58,295 nucleotides of DNA from assembly GCF_001194135.2 (NCBI RefSeq), contig NC_068986.1, positions 73,072,535 through 73,130,829 on the forward strand, in the 5' to 3' direction. Positions 24,276 through 37,596 of the stretch are shown piece by piece (positions within the stretch are counted from its first letter, which is position 1; every line of letters starts with the position of its first letter). Position numbers and translations under genes: made by a program. The notes under the pieces are model-generated. The model saw only the letters and a program-made list of their open reading frames with translations. It did no database searches and had not been told where the DNA came from. This DNA comes from Octopus bimaculoides (Eukaryota).

Positions 24276-24493
24276 CCCTTTAACATTCAGATTATTCTGT
24301 CAAATATAATGTGCTTATTTACATTGTTTTGAATTAATCCCACATTATGTTGCAACTATGAGATTTTCATGATGTGATTGCTTGTTTTTAGAATGACATT
24401 GTAGGGTAGGTGTGGAAGGCTGCATCTAGCTGGTTTGAACATAAAACAGGTAAAATATTTAGGCCGGATATGGCCAGTTTGAATGCTAAAGGG
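24276..24493. mobile_element. piggyBac-type MITE, same family
   Basis: TTAA|CCCTTTAACATTC...GAATGCTAAAGGG|TTAA. Confidence 0.8.
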
Positions 24494-26630
24494 TTAACAC
24501 AACCAGTTGCTTTAGCAGAGTCCACTCTGTTGTAAGTATTCTCCAGTGTGAAGATTACCACCACTTGCACCTCTTACTAGTTTCAGAGACCCTAACAAAG
24601 GCCATGGCTACTGCCTTTCTTCCTCTGATTAAGCCATAAAAAGACCAAAAATACCCTTTCCAGAACAATATTCCTTTCTCCTGGTATTTATAACAAAAGC
24701 ATTAACCATTATTAACTTTAAAAAAAGCTGAGTATTTCCATTAACGCTGACAAACTGCTAAAGAAGTCTCCAAACTGCTCAAGAGTAGACCTTATGGAAC
24801 ATTATGCATTTTTTAATATCTTGATTTTCGTGAAAATCTGGTATAATTTTAATAGTAGCTGCCACTGTTGTTTTTCCATGCTTGCATAACTCTTTTCTAT
24901 CTCATCACTTGTTGCAGTCCTTTGTCATCTTCATGAGACAAAGCTTCAGCTTTCACCACTTTCTATCTTCCTTCCACATACTTTTCGTTTGGATCACTTA
25001 ATATTTCTTTACCCACCTATAATCCTCCATACATATCCTTTATCTTTTACTTGTTTCAGTCATTAGACTGTGGCCATGTTGGGGCACCACCTTGAATTTT
25101 TAATTGAATGAATCAATCCCAGTAGTTTTTTTTACTTACTTTATACGTTTTTTTTTTACTTTACTTGATACTTATTCTATTGGTCTCTTATGCTGAACCA
25201 CTCAGTTACAAGAATGTAAACACAACACCACTAGTTGTCAAGCAGTGGTGAGGGACAAACACTGATACAAGCCACACACATATATATATGGGAACCTTCT
25301 TTCAGTTTCCGTCTTCCAAATTCACTCACAAGGCTTTAGTTGGCAGCACTTGACCAAGGTGCCACACAGTGGGACTGAACCCAGAACCATGTGGTTGGGG
25401 AAGCAAACTTCTTACTATACAGCCACGTTTGCATCTATATCTTTTCTCTTGTGTATTACATCTAAGTCTTCTTATTTATGGTTTTTCTCTTTATCAATTT
25501 TTCATTCTTTCTTCTTATTGATAATTCCCCAGTGTCTGTTAAGTTCCTTCTAGCCTATTAATGTATTTTTATAACATTTTCTAAAACATGTATATCCCAC
25601 CCCATATTACTTTCTTAAGACTTTCTATTTGTAAATTAAAAATGTTGATTAAATTCTATTTCTATCTGGAATCTATGTGGGATGATATGCTAAATTTTTA
25701 GTATTGTCTGCTTATCTAAATTTGATTAATTTACCAGTTTACCATTTAAACAAATTAATTAGGTTCAGAGAGCAGGTTTTTCAGACAAGTGAGAATGCTG
25801 GGAATAATACACATTCTGAACGCTTGTGGGGCGGGGAAAGAATGGAGAATATAGTTCAAATGTTTGTAACAAAGTAAATCCTACCTAAAGTATCCAAGGA
25901 CCATGTAGTGGTATTCAAGTTGGCAGTGTGTTGACAACTAACCATGTAATAATATGAAAGTGGAGCACGTTAGTGACCATCCATACAGGGTTATTATAGT
26001 GGGCAGTGTGTTAAGTGCTTAAGATATTGAATATCAGTGTGTAAAGGTACATGTTCCTTCAGCTGCGTAGAGGCCCTTTCCATTGATTATTTTGTTTGCT
26101 GTTGTCTCATTTAAACTGACCATATCTAGCTCAATTATTGTACCTGTTTTTATGTTCAGACAAGACAGATCTGGCCTCTCACACTTACCCTACAATATCA
26201 TTCTAAAAGCACACAGTCACATCTAGATAATGAATGGTAAATGCAAAATGATGTGAATAAATAAGCTTTGCAATTGACAGGATGATCTGAATGCTTAAAG
26301 GGTAAAGGAAGAAAATATAATACATTATGTTTTGGTGCATATTACCATTTGTTAACAAATAATATTTAACCCAATAGAGGCGGCGATCTGGGCAAAATGC
26401 TTAGCAGCATTTCATCTGCCCTTTTATTGTGAGTTCAACTTCCAATGCGGTCCACTTTGCCTTTCATCCATTCAGCGTTGATAAAATAAGTACCAGTTGA
26501 ACACTGGGTCAACATAATCGACTTATCCCCGCTCCCAAATTACTGGTCTTCTGCCAAAATTTGAAACCATTATTTAACCCAATAATATATAAATTATTAA
26601 TAATATTACTTATTTCTTTTTAAATTCCAG

Positions 26631-26789
26631 CAAAAGCTGAATTTGACATTGATTCTACAACAGAAGTAAAATTAGTTTTGGATGAAGATGGAACCGAAGT
26701 TGATGATGAAGACTACTTTCACTTTGTTTCTTCGGACACAACACTTCAAATTTTGTTGTCATTTCAGTCATGGTCACCAATCCATTCAT
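26631..26789 (+). CDS. DFFA-like: DFFA/ICAD-like gene B, coding exon 2 (CIDE-N core LDEDGTEVDDEDYF)
   Basis: Acceptor tttctttttaaattccag|CA, donor TCAT|gtgagt; 159 nt, the same length and phase as gene A exon 2; EDGTEVDDEDYF motif. Confidence 0.93.
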
Positions 26790-29700
26790 GTGAGTATCTA
26801 ATAGTAACATATCTTATGTTTTCTCTTGAACTTTTTAATTAACAATTGTTATTTCAAATAAATTTAAAGAAAGTATAAAAAAAAAGTTTCTTCCTGAATA
26901 CACGAGCAAATTTTGCACATATTTTTCTATTTCTGTACAGTGGCTGTGTGGTAAGTAGCTTGCTTACGAACCACATGGTTCCAGGTTCAGTCCCACTGCA
27001 TGGCACTTTGGGCAAGTGTCTTCTACTATAGCCTCAGGCTGACCAAAGCCTTGTGAGTGGATTTGGTAGACAGAAACTGAAAGAAGCCCGTTGTATATAT
27101 GTATGTGTTTGTCCCCCCAACATCGCTTGACAACCGATGGTGGTGTGTTTAAGTCCCTGTAACTTAGCGGTTCGGCAAAAAGACCGATAGAATAAGTACT
27201 AGGCTTACAAAGAATAAGTCCTGGGGTCGATTTGCTCGACTAAAGGCGGTGTTCCAGCATGGCCACAGTCAAATGACTAAAACAAGTAAAAGAGTAATGT
27301 CAGATCAATAATTCTGTAAAGTCGTAGTAGCTATATTATTGGCAAGTCCTTTACAAGAAGAGTCAAGTATAAAACTTCCACATTGCTTTCAAGGCTATTG
27401 TAAATCCTACAGGTTGGAGATTTGTTTTGGTATTGATGCCAATGTTGCAAAATGCTACAGGTAAAACGGTGTCTTAGAGATTTCATAGTTGGCATTAGGA
27501 AGGGCATCCAGTTGAAGAAACCAAGCCAAAACAGACAATAGAGCCTGGTGTGGCATGGAAAATGAACATTAAATGTTGATAATGAAGATGATGATGATAA
27601 TTGCTTTTAAAAAGTTGTTCTGGATTTATTTTTTTTGCATGGTGACATTAATGGAGTAAATGGCTTGTCTCAACACCATAGCAATTTCTCTGTTGGTGTT
27701 AGGAGAACACTGTCATCAAGCAGGTAGAGAATATTGAAGCAACCAATGTCTTCACATATACAGATGATCTTTTCCATATGCAACAACATTGTTTTTAATC
27801 TTGTCAGTTTATATCTATCCATGTTTTGTGGGTTTCAATAACTAGAAAAGAACCTTCATCACTGAGCTCTCAAGTCAATCAGAATCATGCTAAACATTAG
27901 AAATTATACTGTATTTTACATTTAATCTTTCGGGTTTGCATAAGTTTATAAACTCAAGTTTTTCACATGTTGTTATAACAAGTATTTTATACTTAAATTT
28001 GAGATGAGCTGCTGTTAACATGAGAATTTTTTTAACTGTTAATCTTATCTTTAGAGATGAACATTAAAAAACATATTTACATGCACATTTCTCTTTCTAC
28101 ATGTGTGTAGCCATGCAACTCTTCTACAAGAACCTGCTCATCCCCTTCTTTCGTGTTTTACCTTTTGCCCCATCATAAAGCTGACTCACCTCCCACTCCC
28201 TCAGGGCTTGTAGTCTTGTGAGTTTTATAATTACCTTAATAGTGCTTTTGGCAGGAAAAAAAAAGCACCCAGTACACTCTGTAAAGTGGTTGGCGTTAGC
28301 AAGGGTATTCAGCTGTAGAAACCATGCCAAAGCAGACACTGGAGCACAATGCAGTGCTTGGAGCCATTGGTTCCTGTCAAACCACCCAACCTATGCCAGC
28401 ATGGAATGTAGATATTACATGATTATGATGACTATTTTTCAGTTGATTTTACTCCAGATTGACATCAGAAAGTGTAGATAATATCAGGCATTTTTACTTG
28501 ATATTCTTTTCAATGCCTGTTGTCATGATGACGATAAACAGATGAATTAAGTTGGATTGGATGGAACTTGCAGAAGAGGGAGACCCAAGAAAACAGGGGA
28601 CAAAGTAGTGAAGGCTTATCTCAAGATGCTGAATCTCATGGAGTGGATGACTGGTGATTTGCTATGCTTAAGAAGACCCCTCCATCACAACAGAAATAAT
28701 ATCCTAAAACTACTTAGGTTATGCTTCTGCTTGTAGGACCCTGTCCAGCCCCACCTCTCTCTGCCCTGTTAAGCATTTTCCCACATTTCATCCCCTAATA
28801 CCTCTCATTTCTCTATCTATAGTATAATACTCAGTTGCTGTAATCACTTTCATTTCTCATTATCATCCCTGTCCACACTGTTTTCATCAGTCATCTCCTT
28901 TTCTGCCTTCACATACAGCTCATCCCTCTCACATCTAACATCACACCCTCACTTACCATAATGCCCTTGAGCCACTTGCATATCTCTCACCATCACTTGC
29001 TTACAAGCACCTCTGTTCCCATCTTTTCCCCATCATGATCCACTGTATCTTGAAATGCTCCAGTACTTCTGACTTCTTTCCAAATTACTCAGCATTTTTT
29101 GTTGTCTAAGGAGAGTCATTATCCCAATATAATTAACACACACACTGGTTCAATTCCACTCCTTCTCTTTATTATTAGTCAATTGGTTAAATATCCAACT
29201 AATTTGTTTTGTTTTTGAGAAACAAAAGCAAAACAAATTAGTTGGATATTTTACCAATTGACTAATAAAGAAAAGGAATGGAATTGAACCAGTGTGTGGG
29301 TTAATTATACTGGCATAATGACTCTCCCTAGCCCACAAAATTTGTTTCAACACTCAAATTCACATAAAGAATCTTGCAAACCAAATACAAAAACAAAGTA
29401 AACTACTCAGCCTTGTATCTCTATTACAAATCATCTAGGCTTGCTCTTTCATCACACTCTTGTCTGTCAAGACCTGGCATACAACCATTATATGAGAAAC
29501 AATTGCTAAGAATCATAGTTTATTTAGTTCAAATGTTTGACTTCAGTTGTCTGTATGTATAAGTGTATGCTTGCTATTTTTGCAAATGGTAGCTGTCAAC
29601 CTTCAACCATAGTTCACCATAAAGCACCTGGATCAGGACATTATTATAATGATTTCATAGCAAAAGTAAAAAATATATTTTAACTTTAAGCACTGTAACT

Positions 29701-29902
29701 TGTGTGTAAGAGTTCAGCTTTACAAATTGAAGACAAATTTGAGAGTACATTGTTTAAAATATACTCCATTTCCAATGTACAAAATGACAAAGATGAGTTA
29801 AGTACACTTCTCACTGCAGATTTCACTCTCAGTTTCCTATGATGTAATATGGAAAAATAAATAAGAAGTTATAATACTGCTGTAAAGTTCTAGAAAATCA
29901 GT

Positions 29903-30754
29903 TTAGTTGGTACTAATATATATCATTACATTGTCTCTTTTAATCTTACCAACTTCATCATCTTCATAGGTATTGGCAGGAGTGGGAAAACCATCATCAA
30001 AAGGAAGTTGGTCTTCTTCTAAAAAGTCATTAAACTCTTCTTCAGTGCTAAGACAGAAATTATGTAAGACACAGCAAGCCATTATAACATTTGGAATGAG
30101 TGCAGTGCGGGTCATTCCAACAAATTGTAGTCGACACCATCGACCTCTGAGCAGATTAAAAGCTTGTTGTGTAACCAGTCGAGTTTCAGTTAATCTTTTA
30201 TTGTACTCTTGCTGATCTGGAACGAGGCAAGTTTCATCTAAGAAAGGGGTCAACAACCATTTTTTCAGTGGATATGCTGCAGCCCCAAGCAAGTGTATGT
30301 CTTCTTTAATAAAGAAATTTGTTGGATTATTTTCTATTTCATGGAATATATCTGATTCACACAAAACAACAGAATCATGGACAGAACCAGGCCAGCCAGT
30401 GTAACAATCAGTAAACTTCATGTTGTGATCACAGATTGTCTGCAATACCATTGTATGAGTCTTTTTACGGTTGATGTATACTTCAGGGTGATCTTTTGGG
30501 CTGAGAATTGATATGTGTGTAGTAGCCATGATACCAAGAACATTTGGAAATGCACTGATGTTGTAGAAACCTTGGACAATGTCTTCAACCTCAGTATGGT
30601 TTGGCCATTTGATAACAACTGTTTTCAGTTTGTTTAATCCTTTGATTATGCTGTCAAGAATAACTGATGCAGAAGATTCACAGACTTGAAATTGTTTTGC
30701 AATGTTACGTACTGATTCACCTTTGGCACCAAGAAACCGCAAACACATCAGCAC
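29903..30754 (-). CDS. HARBI1-like: PIF/Harbinger transposase-derived gene, coding exon 2 (283 aa; HTH plus DDE_Tnp_4-type core with substituted catalytic triad)
   Basis: Acceptor ttttaccattcag|GTG. Motifs WP, FPNVLG..THI, YINRK, Q.ICD...KF, GWPGSVHD, LLG..AYPL..WLLTPF, YN...TR....AF.LL.GRW, CCVLHN. The 852-nt frame is uninterrupted. Confidence 0.92.
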   Translation of the reverse strand: MLMCLRFLGAKGESVRNIAKQFQVCESSASVILDSIIKGLNKLKTVVIKWPNHTEVEDIVQGFYNISAFPNVLGIMATTHISILSPKDHPEVYINRKKTHTMVLQTICDHNMKFTDCYTGWPGSVHDSVVLCESDIFHEIENNPTNFFIKEDIHLLGAAAYPLKKWLLTPFLDETCLVPDQQEYNKRLTETRLVTQQAFNLLRGRWCRLQFVGMTRTALIPNVIMACCVLHNFCLSTEEEFNDFLEEDQLPFDDGFPTPANTYEDDEVGKIKRDNVMIYISTN

Positions 30755-31420
30755 CTGAATGGTAAAATGTTTATAGCAAATAATAATCCAAAATTAAAGT
30801 AGGAATATGTAGACTAAACATCAATATACAAAATGTGAAAGCTTGAGAAATCTGTAGTTTTTTTTTTTTTTTAAGCACAGGTCAGATAGATTTTAATATT
30901 TCGGCTATTCTTTAAGACATTATATGAGGAAACAGCCTACCTTTATCTCCTTGAATAATTAGTTTTATCTTACAGTTCTTCTTCAACACTGACATTAATA
31001 TTAGGCAAAACAGGTTTTGTAAATTAAAGTATTATCCTTAGGATGTGTATTTGTGAAAATGAAGGTTCACAGTTTGGAAACCATTAGCATTGTGCCCTCA
31101 GAAAAGGAAATCAACAATTGCTAGCTCAGAAATTCTAAGTACAGCTCAGTGTATGTGTGTTCTGAGTGTTTTATTAATTAACAGTGTTAAGTTTAAACCT
31201 TTCAGTTCTAAGAGCAAAGGAGGGGTGGGGTGGATGTCATCAGTAGAATAACAGGGAGATAGTCTGTAGTATAAAGTGATACGGAGACAAGTCAAAAACT
31301 GTTTACATGTCTTTTTATAATGATATTGATAAAAATGTTACAAAAAAACAAAGAATTAATTTTGCAACTACAAATTTATGACTTCCATTGGATTATGAAA
31401 ACACCTATTATCTCTGTTAA

Positions 31421-31620
31421 CCCTCTAGCATTTAAAGCAGCTATAATATTCTCTAGTTGAAACTGGCCAGATCCAGCTTCTTGCATCTATCCTACAATGT
31501 CATTATAAAAGTAAACAATCACATCATAAATCTCAAGGTTGTGAGATAATGCATGATGAATGCAAAGCAATATGAATAAATAAGCAGTACATTTGACAGA
31601 GTAGTCTGAATGCTAAAGGG
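31421..31620. mobile_element. piggyBac-type MITE inside the intron of the Harbinger-derived gene
   Basis: TTAA|CCCTCTAGCATT...GAATGCTAAAGGG|TTTA. Further partial copies at ~26109-26303, 42330-42533 and 47960-48166. Confidence 0.7.
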
Positions 31621-33582
31621 TTTATCCTCAAAATAACTGTCATCATCATCATTGTTTAACGTCCGCTTGCCATGCAAGCATGGGTTGGACGGTTTGACTG
31701 AGGACTGGTGAGCCAGAGGCTGCACCAGGCTCATGCATTTAATTTCAAAGAAAACAAAATGGGATAATAATAATACAAAAACGATAGAAATTATTCCTTC
31801 CAATAGCTGAATGTGTCAACTGCCTTTGATATGCTAATAAACCAATATCTCAGTGCTGATTTTCCATTAGAACTGTGCAGTTAATATGAAGAATGTTGTC
31901 CTCATCTATATATTCAATCATTATTATTAAGCAAATGTAAACCAAATTACAAAAGAATTTAGGGATAGCATTTGTTCTCTTGTACCAGTTCTGTAAATAA
32001 CACTGTGGCATTTTATTTTGAGGCAAGGCAAGCTAGGTAAGTCACTGATTAGTCCTTGGACAATTTCAATATGCTATCTCCTCTGTCTTTTCTCCTGACA
32101 CTATAATATCTCCTGGTCCTCAGAGCTAGCTGGATCCATACTACCTCACACAGGCATCCCACAGCCACTAATCTCTGCTCCTTTTATGGCCCTTTTTGTG
32201 TACCAGCTTCAGACCCCATACTAATCACGTAATCCCAGTCCTTCTTTCTCCAAGTGCTATCCTCTGGAATGATGTTCAGAGAAGTCTAACTCTTGAATCT
32301 TTTTTCATGCATCATTATTCACCTGTTAGCTACTCTACTATTTAAAATAGTCAGTGGCGAACACCAATTAGCAATAGTTTCTTGTGAATCTTTGATCATT
32401 TGTTTTTGAAAGAGAGAGCAAGCGAGAAGGGATTTCCCTCAAAGCACTCAGTTTAAAGGAATCTGAAGGCCTGTCTTGTACTGCTTTTCTCGTGTTGGAT
32501 CAACAAAGCTACTTTGTCAAAAATAATTTACATTTAAAAAATGGCTACATAGACTGTACCACGGGCTAATTTCTTCCTTTCAATAATCCCAACTGAAAAC
32601 AAACAAGGGAAGCATTAACATTATACTTTCTACAAGTTACATAGAAAGAACAAAACCAAGATAGATAGGCTTGTTTGGCAACCTAATAGAAATAACCCGT
32701 AATAATAAATATTTTCTTTAAACGTTTTAAAGATAGGAGATGTATTAAGATAATTTTTTGGACGATGAATCTCAAAATATTTAATTAACTTATGAGTTTG
32801 CTGCCTTTAGGTTTTGTTGATGAAAAAAAATTAAAGGAATATCTAATTTTTAATATTAAAAATATTTGTTACATTGGGATGACGAGTTTTGTGGTGTTGT
32901 CTTCGTATACATTCAACAGACGACGAATGACTTTTATGTTGTTCTGTGTTAAGTCAGCCAGGATTTGAGGGAGACTTAGCTGCTATTTCCAGCACTTAGA
33001 GACTGTCGTTGTAGAGTTGAACGTCAGTTTATTCTACATTTTACTGAATGAACCAGCAGAGAAAAATAACTGGTTATAAGTAGTTGTCAAGATACCAAAA
33101 TTACAACTAACACCATGAAATTATGTTTGAAGTCTATTTCCTTACGTGATATTTACCATTTTAATTTTCCATGCTAAAATAGGAAAGTACTTAAGATAGT
33201 AACTTCGTATATATTCAAATTAACGACGTTGGTTCGGTAAATTTTTACGCCGTTAGTTCTACGTAGTCACTTGATTTGCTAGAAATAGCAATCAAATTTT
33301 CTCTAAATCACACACATTGCTGTCTTCAAAAAAAGGAAGCACATGTTAACGTCCTAGATATACTATATCAGAATAAAAGACAAAGTGGTAATAGCTGGAA
33401 CGTCCTTCATCATTGATCTGCTCGATAACAGTTAACCTGGGGCTAAACCAACTTCGTAAACCCAGTGCAGACGTTCAAACAATAAATAAAAAAACATATG
33501 CAGACAGTGATAAAAGAGATAAACATCCCCAGACATTGGTAGTAAATACATTGTTTATTTAATGTTATTATTGTATGTTTAC

Positions 33583-33954
33583 CTTCCTGTCCAACGGAAC
33601 TGGTTTCCTGCCTCGGGTTTGATTCTCTCTCAAGATATGCGGCGATAGGTTTGAACATAGTGTTTCGAATGTTTCCGGATCCATTCGAAAATATTGACGG
33701 AATTGGTTGTCCCTAAAATTAAATAACACATCTCTTTCATTTGAACCTCGTACTTGAGCTTTGTTTTGTTTGTTAGATGTTGCGGCTGATTCACCTTTTC
33801 TCGCTAACGTCGCCAGCAAGCAGGTCGCCATATTATTATCCTTGTTGCCAGACAAGCTATTTTTCCTGAGAGGAAAACAATCATCCATTAGAAACAGATC
33901 GCATGCTGCATACAATGTAGCCAGAAAGGCCGTATCTTCCTGAGAAACTTCCAT
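33583..33954 (-). CDS. HARBI1-like: PIF/Harbinger transposase-derived (HARBI1/ALP1-like) gene, coding exon 1 (124 aa)
   Basis: ATG at 33954, Harbinger N-terminal motif FRQYFRMDPETFETL..L.P and RGRKPVPLDRK, then phase-0 donor AAG|gtaaac at 33582. Confidence 0.85.
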
Positions 33955-35300
33955 AGCTGTTAGAATTTATTCACCTTGTGATTAGTTGTCGTTCACAACA
34001 TACATGAATGGAATTCAATGCCAAACGCGCGTAGAATGCTCATTCATAAAATATTACTCAGAACGAGGCTCCCCCTCCCTTTACTCAACAAATTTTTCAT
34101 AATTTAATATTTTTTTTTTTTAAATCTTGCTATAATTCTAATTTTAACTCATATATTAAATTTTTTAATCCCAAAATAAATATATCGTCATCGCTGCTAT
34201 TGCTGCCGCCGTTGCTGTCTTCACTGTTATCATCATTATCATGATCATGATCATCATCATCGTCGTCTTCTTTTTATGTCGACTGTCTATATTGACATGG
34301 GCCAGGCGTGTAATCTCAGTTCTGAATTCGTTCTTATTTGAAGTTACTGTTCCCTACTCCCCGAATGAACGTATGTCGTCAGTGTTCCATTTTTGACCTA
34401 ATTTCTACGACTGGATGCCCTTCCTAATGCTAGTCACTTTACAGAATGTATTGTGTACATTTGACATGTTTCATTCCTAATATGTTTTATCATCTTTCTG
34501 TCATTAGACTGCAGCCATGCTGGGGCACTGCCTTGAGGAATTTTAGTCAAATGAATCGACCCCAGTACATTTTTCTAATCCTGGTACTCACTCTATTGGT
34601 CTCTTTTGCTGAACTCCTAAGTTACAGTGGTGCAAACACAACACCAGTTGTCAAGTGCTGTTTGGGGACAAACACAGAGACAAAAACACACATAAGTATA
34701 TGTATGACAGGCTTCTTTCAGTTTCTGTCTACCAAATTCACTCACAAGGTTTTGATTGGCTTGAGGCTATAGTAGAAGATACTTGCAAAGGTGTCATGCA
34801 GTAGGACTGAACCTGGAACCATGTGATTGGGAAGCAAACTTCTTACTACATAGCGATTCCTAGTAAGAATGGTTATAAATGCTATCGACATTTTAGTATA
34901 TAATTTTCCACTATGTATCTTTCCACACCATGTATAACAAAGATGTACTTCCATCATCAGATATAATAACAGAATCAACATTCACACTGCATTGAAAAGA
35001 AATTCCATCAGCATTTCCATTCATGTCATCTTATGTTTAGGCCAAACTCTTTAGCAAAACATGTAAAGCTGTTCAAAACTGTTGATATGCCTTCCAGTTT
35101 TTTTTACAGGAAGATAGAGTCATCTGCATTTATTATAATTGCCACTTTTGTTGTGAAAATAGTCCTTTAGTTTGGTTTCACTGTCATGGACTTTGATTGC
35201 TTCAGCATGACCTTACTTGTAATTCTCAGCAGATGTCATGCTGGAGCACTGCCTTTGGTACGAGTATGTATGTATATATATATACATATGCATATATATA

Positions 35301-36500
35301 CAGGGTTTGGACAAAATGATGGAAACACCTAGCATCATAGCATCATGATTTTGAAATTTCTATAAAACCGTCAAAAGCTTGTTTATTTTTATGTTTTTTG
35401 ATTTATTATTAGTGTTGCTTAATATGTTTTGCTAAGATTGCTGTTTCTGTTCAGATATCATCAGAAAAAGGTAATTGATATTCATTAAAATGACAGATCT
35501 ATTGGATTTTCAAAGAGGTCAAATTGTTGGTGCTCGTATGGCAGGTACCAGCACAATGAAAACAGCCGAAATGTTTGATGCATCAAGAAGTACTGTCTCG
35601 AAAGTGATGACAGCTTTTGAGAAAGAACTCCGGAAGGAAACAAAAACTTTCTGATAGGGACCTTGTGATTCTTACGCGGATTGGTAGAAAGGATCACAAA
35701 AGTACAGCTCCCAAAATTACTGCAGAGCTTAATGACCACCTCGAGAACCCAGTTTCCACAAAAACTGTTCACCGAGAGCTGCACAAAGCTGGAGGGCTGC
35801 AATCAGAAAACCACTGTTTTCACAAACAAATGTTGCAAAGCATTTAGAGTGGAGTAAAAACCTACAGAATTGGTCCCTAGAGCAGTGGAAGAATGTTATT
35901 TTCTCGGATGAGTCAGCCTTTACCTTATTTCTGACCACCGGCCGAGTATACGTGTGGAGACAGTCAAAAGAAGCATTTGACCCAGACTGCCTTCTTTCAA
36001 CTGTTAAACATGGAGGAGGATCTGTGATGATCTGGGAGTGGGGGTTATATCTTGGAAATCCGGCAGCCCAATGGTTTCCCTTCATGGCAGAATTAATAGT
36101 CAAGACTATTTAAGCATCTTATCTGATCAAATTCATTCTATGGTTGCGGAACTTTCTGGAGGGAAACACAATCTTTCAGGATGATAATGCACCAATTCAC
36201 ACAGCCTAAGTTGTTACTGAATGGCATGAGGAACATTCTAGTGAAGTTGAACATCTTATCTGGCCACCACAGTACCCAGATCTCAATATTATTAAACATT
36301 TATGGTGCAATTTAGAAAAACAAGTAAGGAGTTGATATCTTCCATCATCATCACTACAAGTACTGGAGACTGTTTTAGCTGAAGAATGGACAAAAATTCC
36401 TTTGGATACAATTCAAACTTTGTACGAGTTCATACCTCATAGAATTTAAGCTGTAATTACTGCCAAAGGCAGTCCTACTCCATATTAAAATAAATTTGTA
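35301..36500 (+). mobile_element. Decayed Tc1-family transposon (left TIR plus frameshifted transposase; right TIR missing)
   Basis: TA|CAGGGTTTGGACAAAATGATGGAAACACC; ATG at 35490 (MTDLLDFQRGQIVGAR); GRKQKLSDRD, VIFSDES, FQDDNAPIH, WPPQYPDLNII; stop at 36488; frameshifts and stops. Confidence 0.9.
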
Positions 36501-36519
36501 TATATATATGTATATACAC

Positions 36520-37596
36520 AAACCCCTTCAGGTAGATGGCCCTGCTCAATATGTAGAAAAGGAGTAGGTAGTAACTCTATAAGATGTACCCGGTGCAAGC
36601 TATGGACACATAAGAGGTGCAGCAACACCAAAGGCAGGTTAACTAGGAAGTTAGTTTTTGTTTGTGGCAGATGTTCAGGTGCAATAAAGACTGTAAACAA
36701 ACAGGAAACAACTTCTATCTCATTCCAGGGTGAAAAACTAGAGGTAGTCGATAGCTTCCGCTATCTGGGCGACCAAGTTAGTAGTGGGGGTGGGTGCGCA
36801 GAAAGTGTAGCTGCTAGAATAAGAATNNNNNNNNNNNNNNNNNNNNNNNNNNNNNNNNNNNNNNNNNNNNNNNNNNNNNNNNNNNNNNNNNNNNNNNNNN
36901 NNNNNNNNNNNNNNNNNNNNNNNNNNNNNNNNNNNNNNNNNNNNNNNNNNNNNNNNNNNNNNNNNNNNNNNNNNNNNNNNNNNNNNNNNNNNNNNNNNNN
37001 NNNNNNNNNNNNNNNNNNNNNNNNNNNNNNNNNNNNNNNNNNNNNNNNNNNNNNNNNNNNNNNNNNNNNNNNNNNNNNNNNNNNNNNNNNNNNNNNNNNN
37101 NNNNNNNNNNNNNNNNNNNNNNNNACATTGGGCCTCACCGAGGCGATGACTACTGACCGAGACCTTTGGAAATGTGCTGTGCGTGAGAAGACCCGGCAAG
37201 CCAAGTAAGATCGTTGCCAGTGCCCCTGGACTGGTTCTTGTGCGGGTGGCACATGAGATGCACCATTTTGAGCGTGGCCGTTGCCAGTACCGCCTGACTG
37301 GCTCCCGTAGGATTTTTGAACGAGATCGTTGCCAGTGCCCCTGGACTGGCTTGTGCGAGTGGCACATAAAAGACACCATTTCGAGCGTGGCCGTTGCCAG
37401 TATCGCCTGACTGGCCTTCGTGCAGGTGACACGTAAAAGGACCTACTTCACTCTCTGAGTGGTTTGGCGTTAGGAAGGGCATCCAGCTGTAGAAACTCTG
37501 CCAAATTTAGATTGGAGCCTGGTGTTGCCATCCGGTTTCACCAGTCCTCAGTCAAGTCGTCCAACCCATGCTAGCATGGAAAGCGGACGTTAAACA

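Noticed and set aside
29000-35300. Autonomous Harbinger transposon
   Set aside because: No TIR/TWA-TSD pair and no Myb/SANT second ORF were seen by eye, and the catalytic triad is lost.
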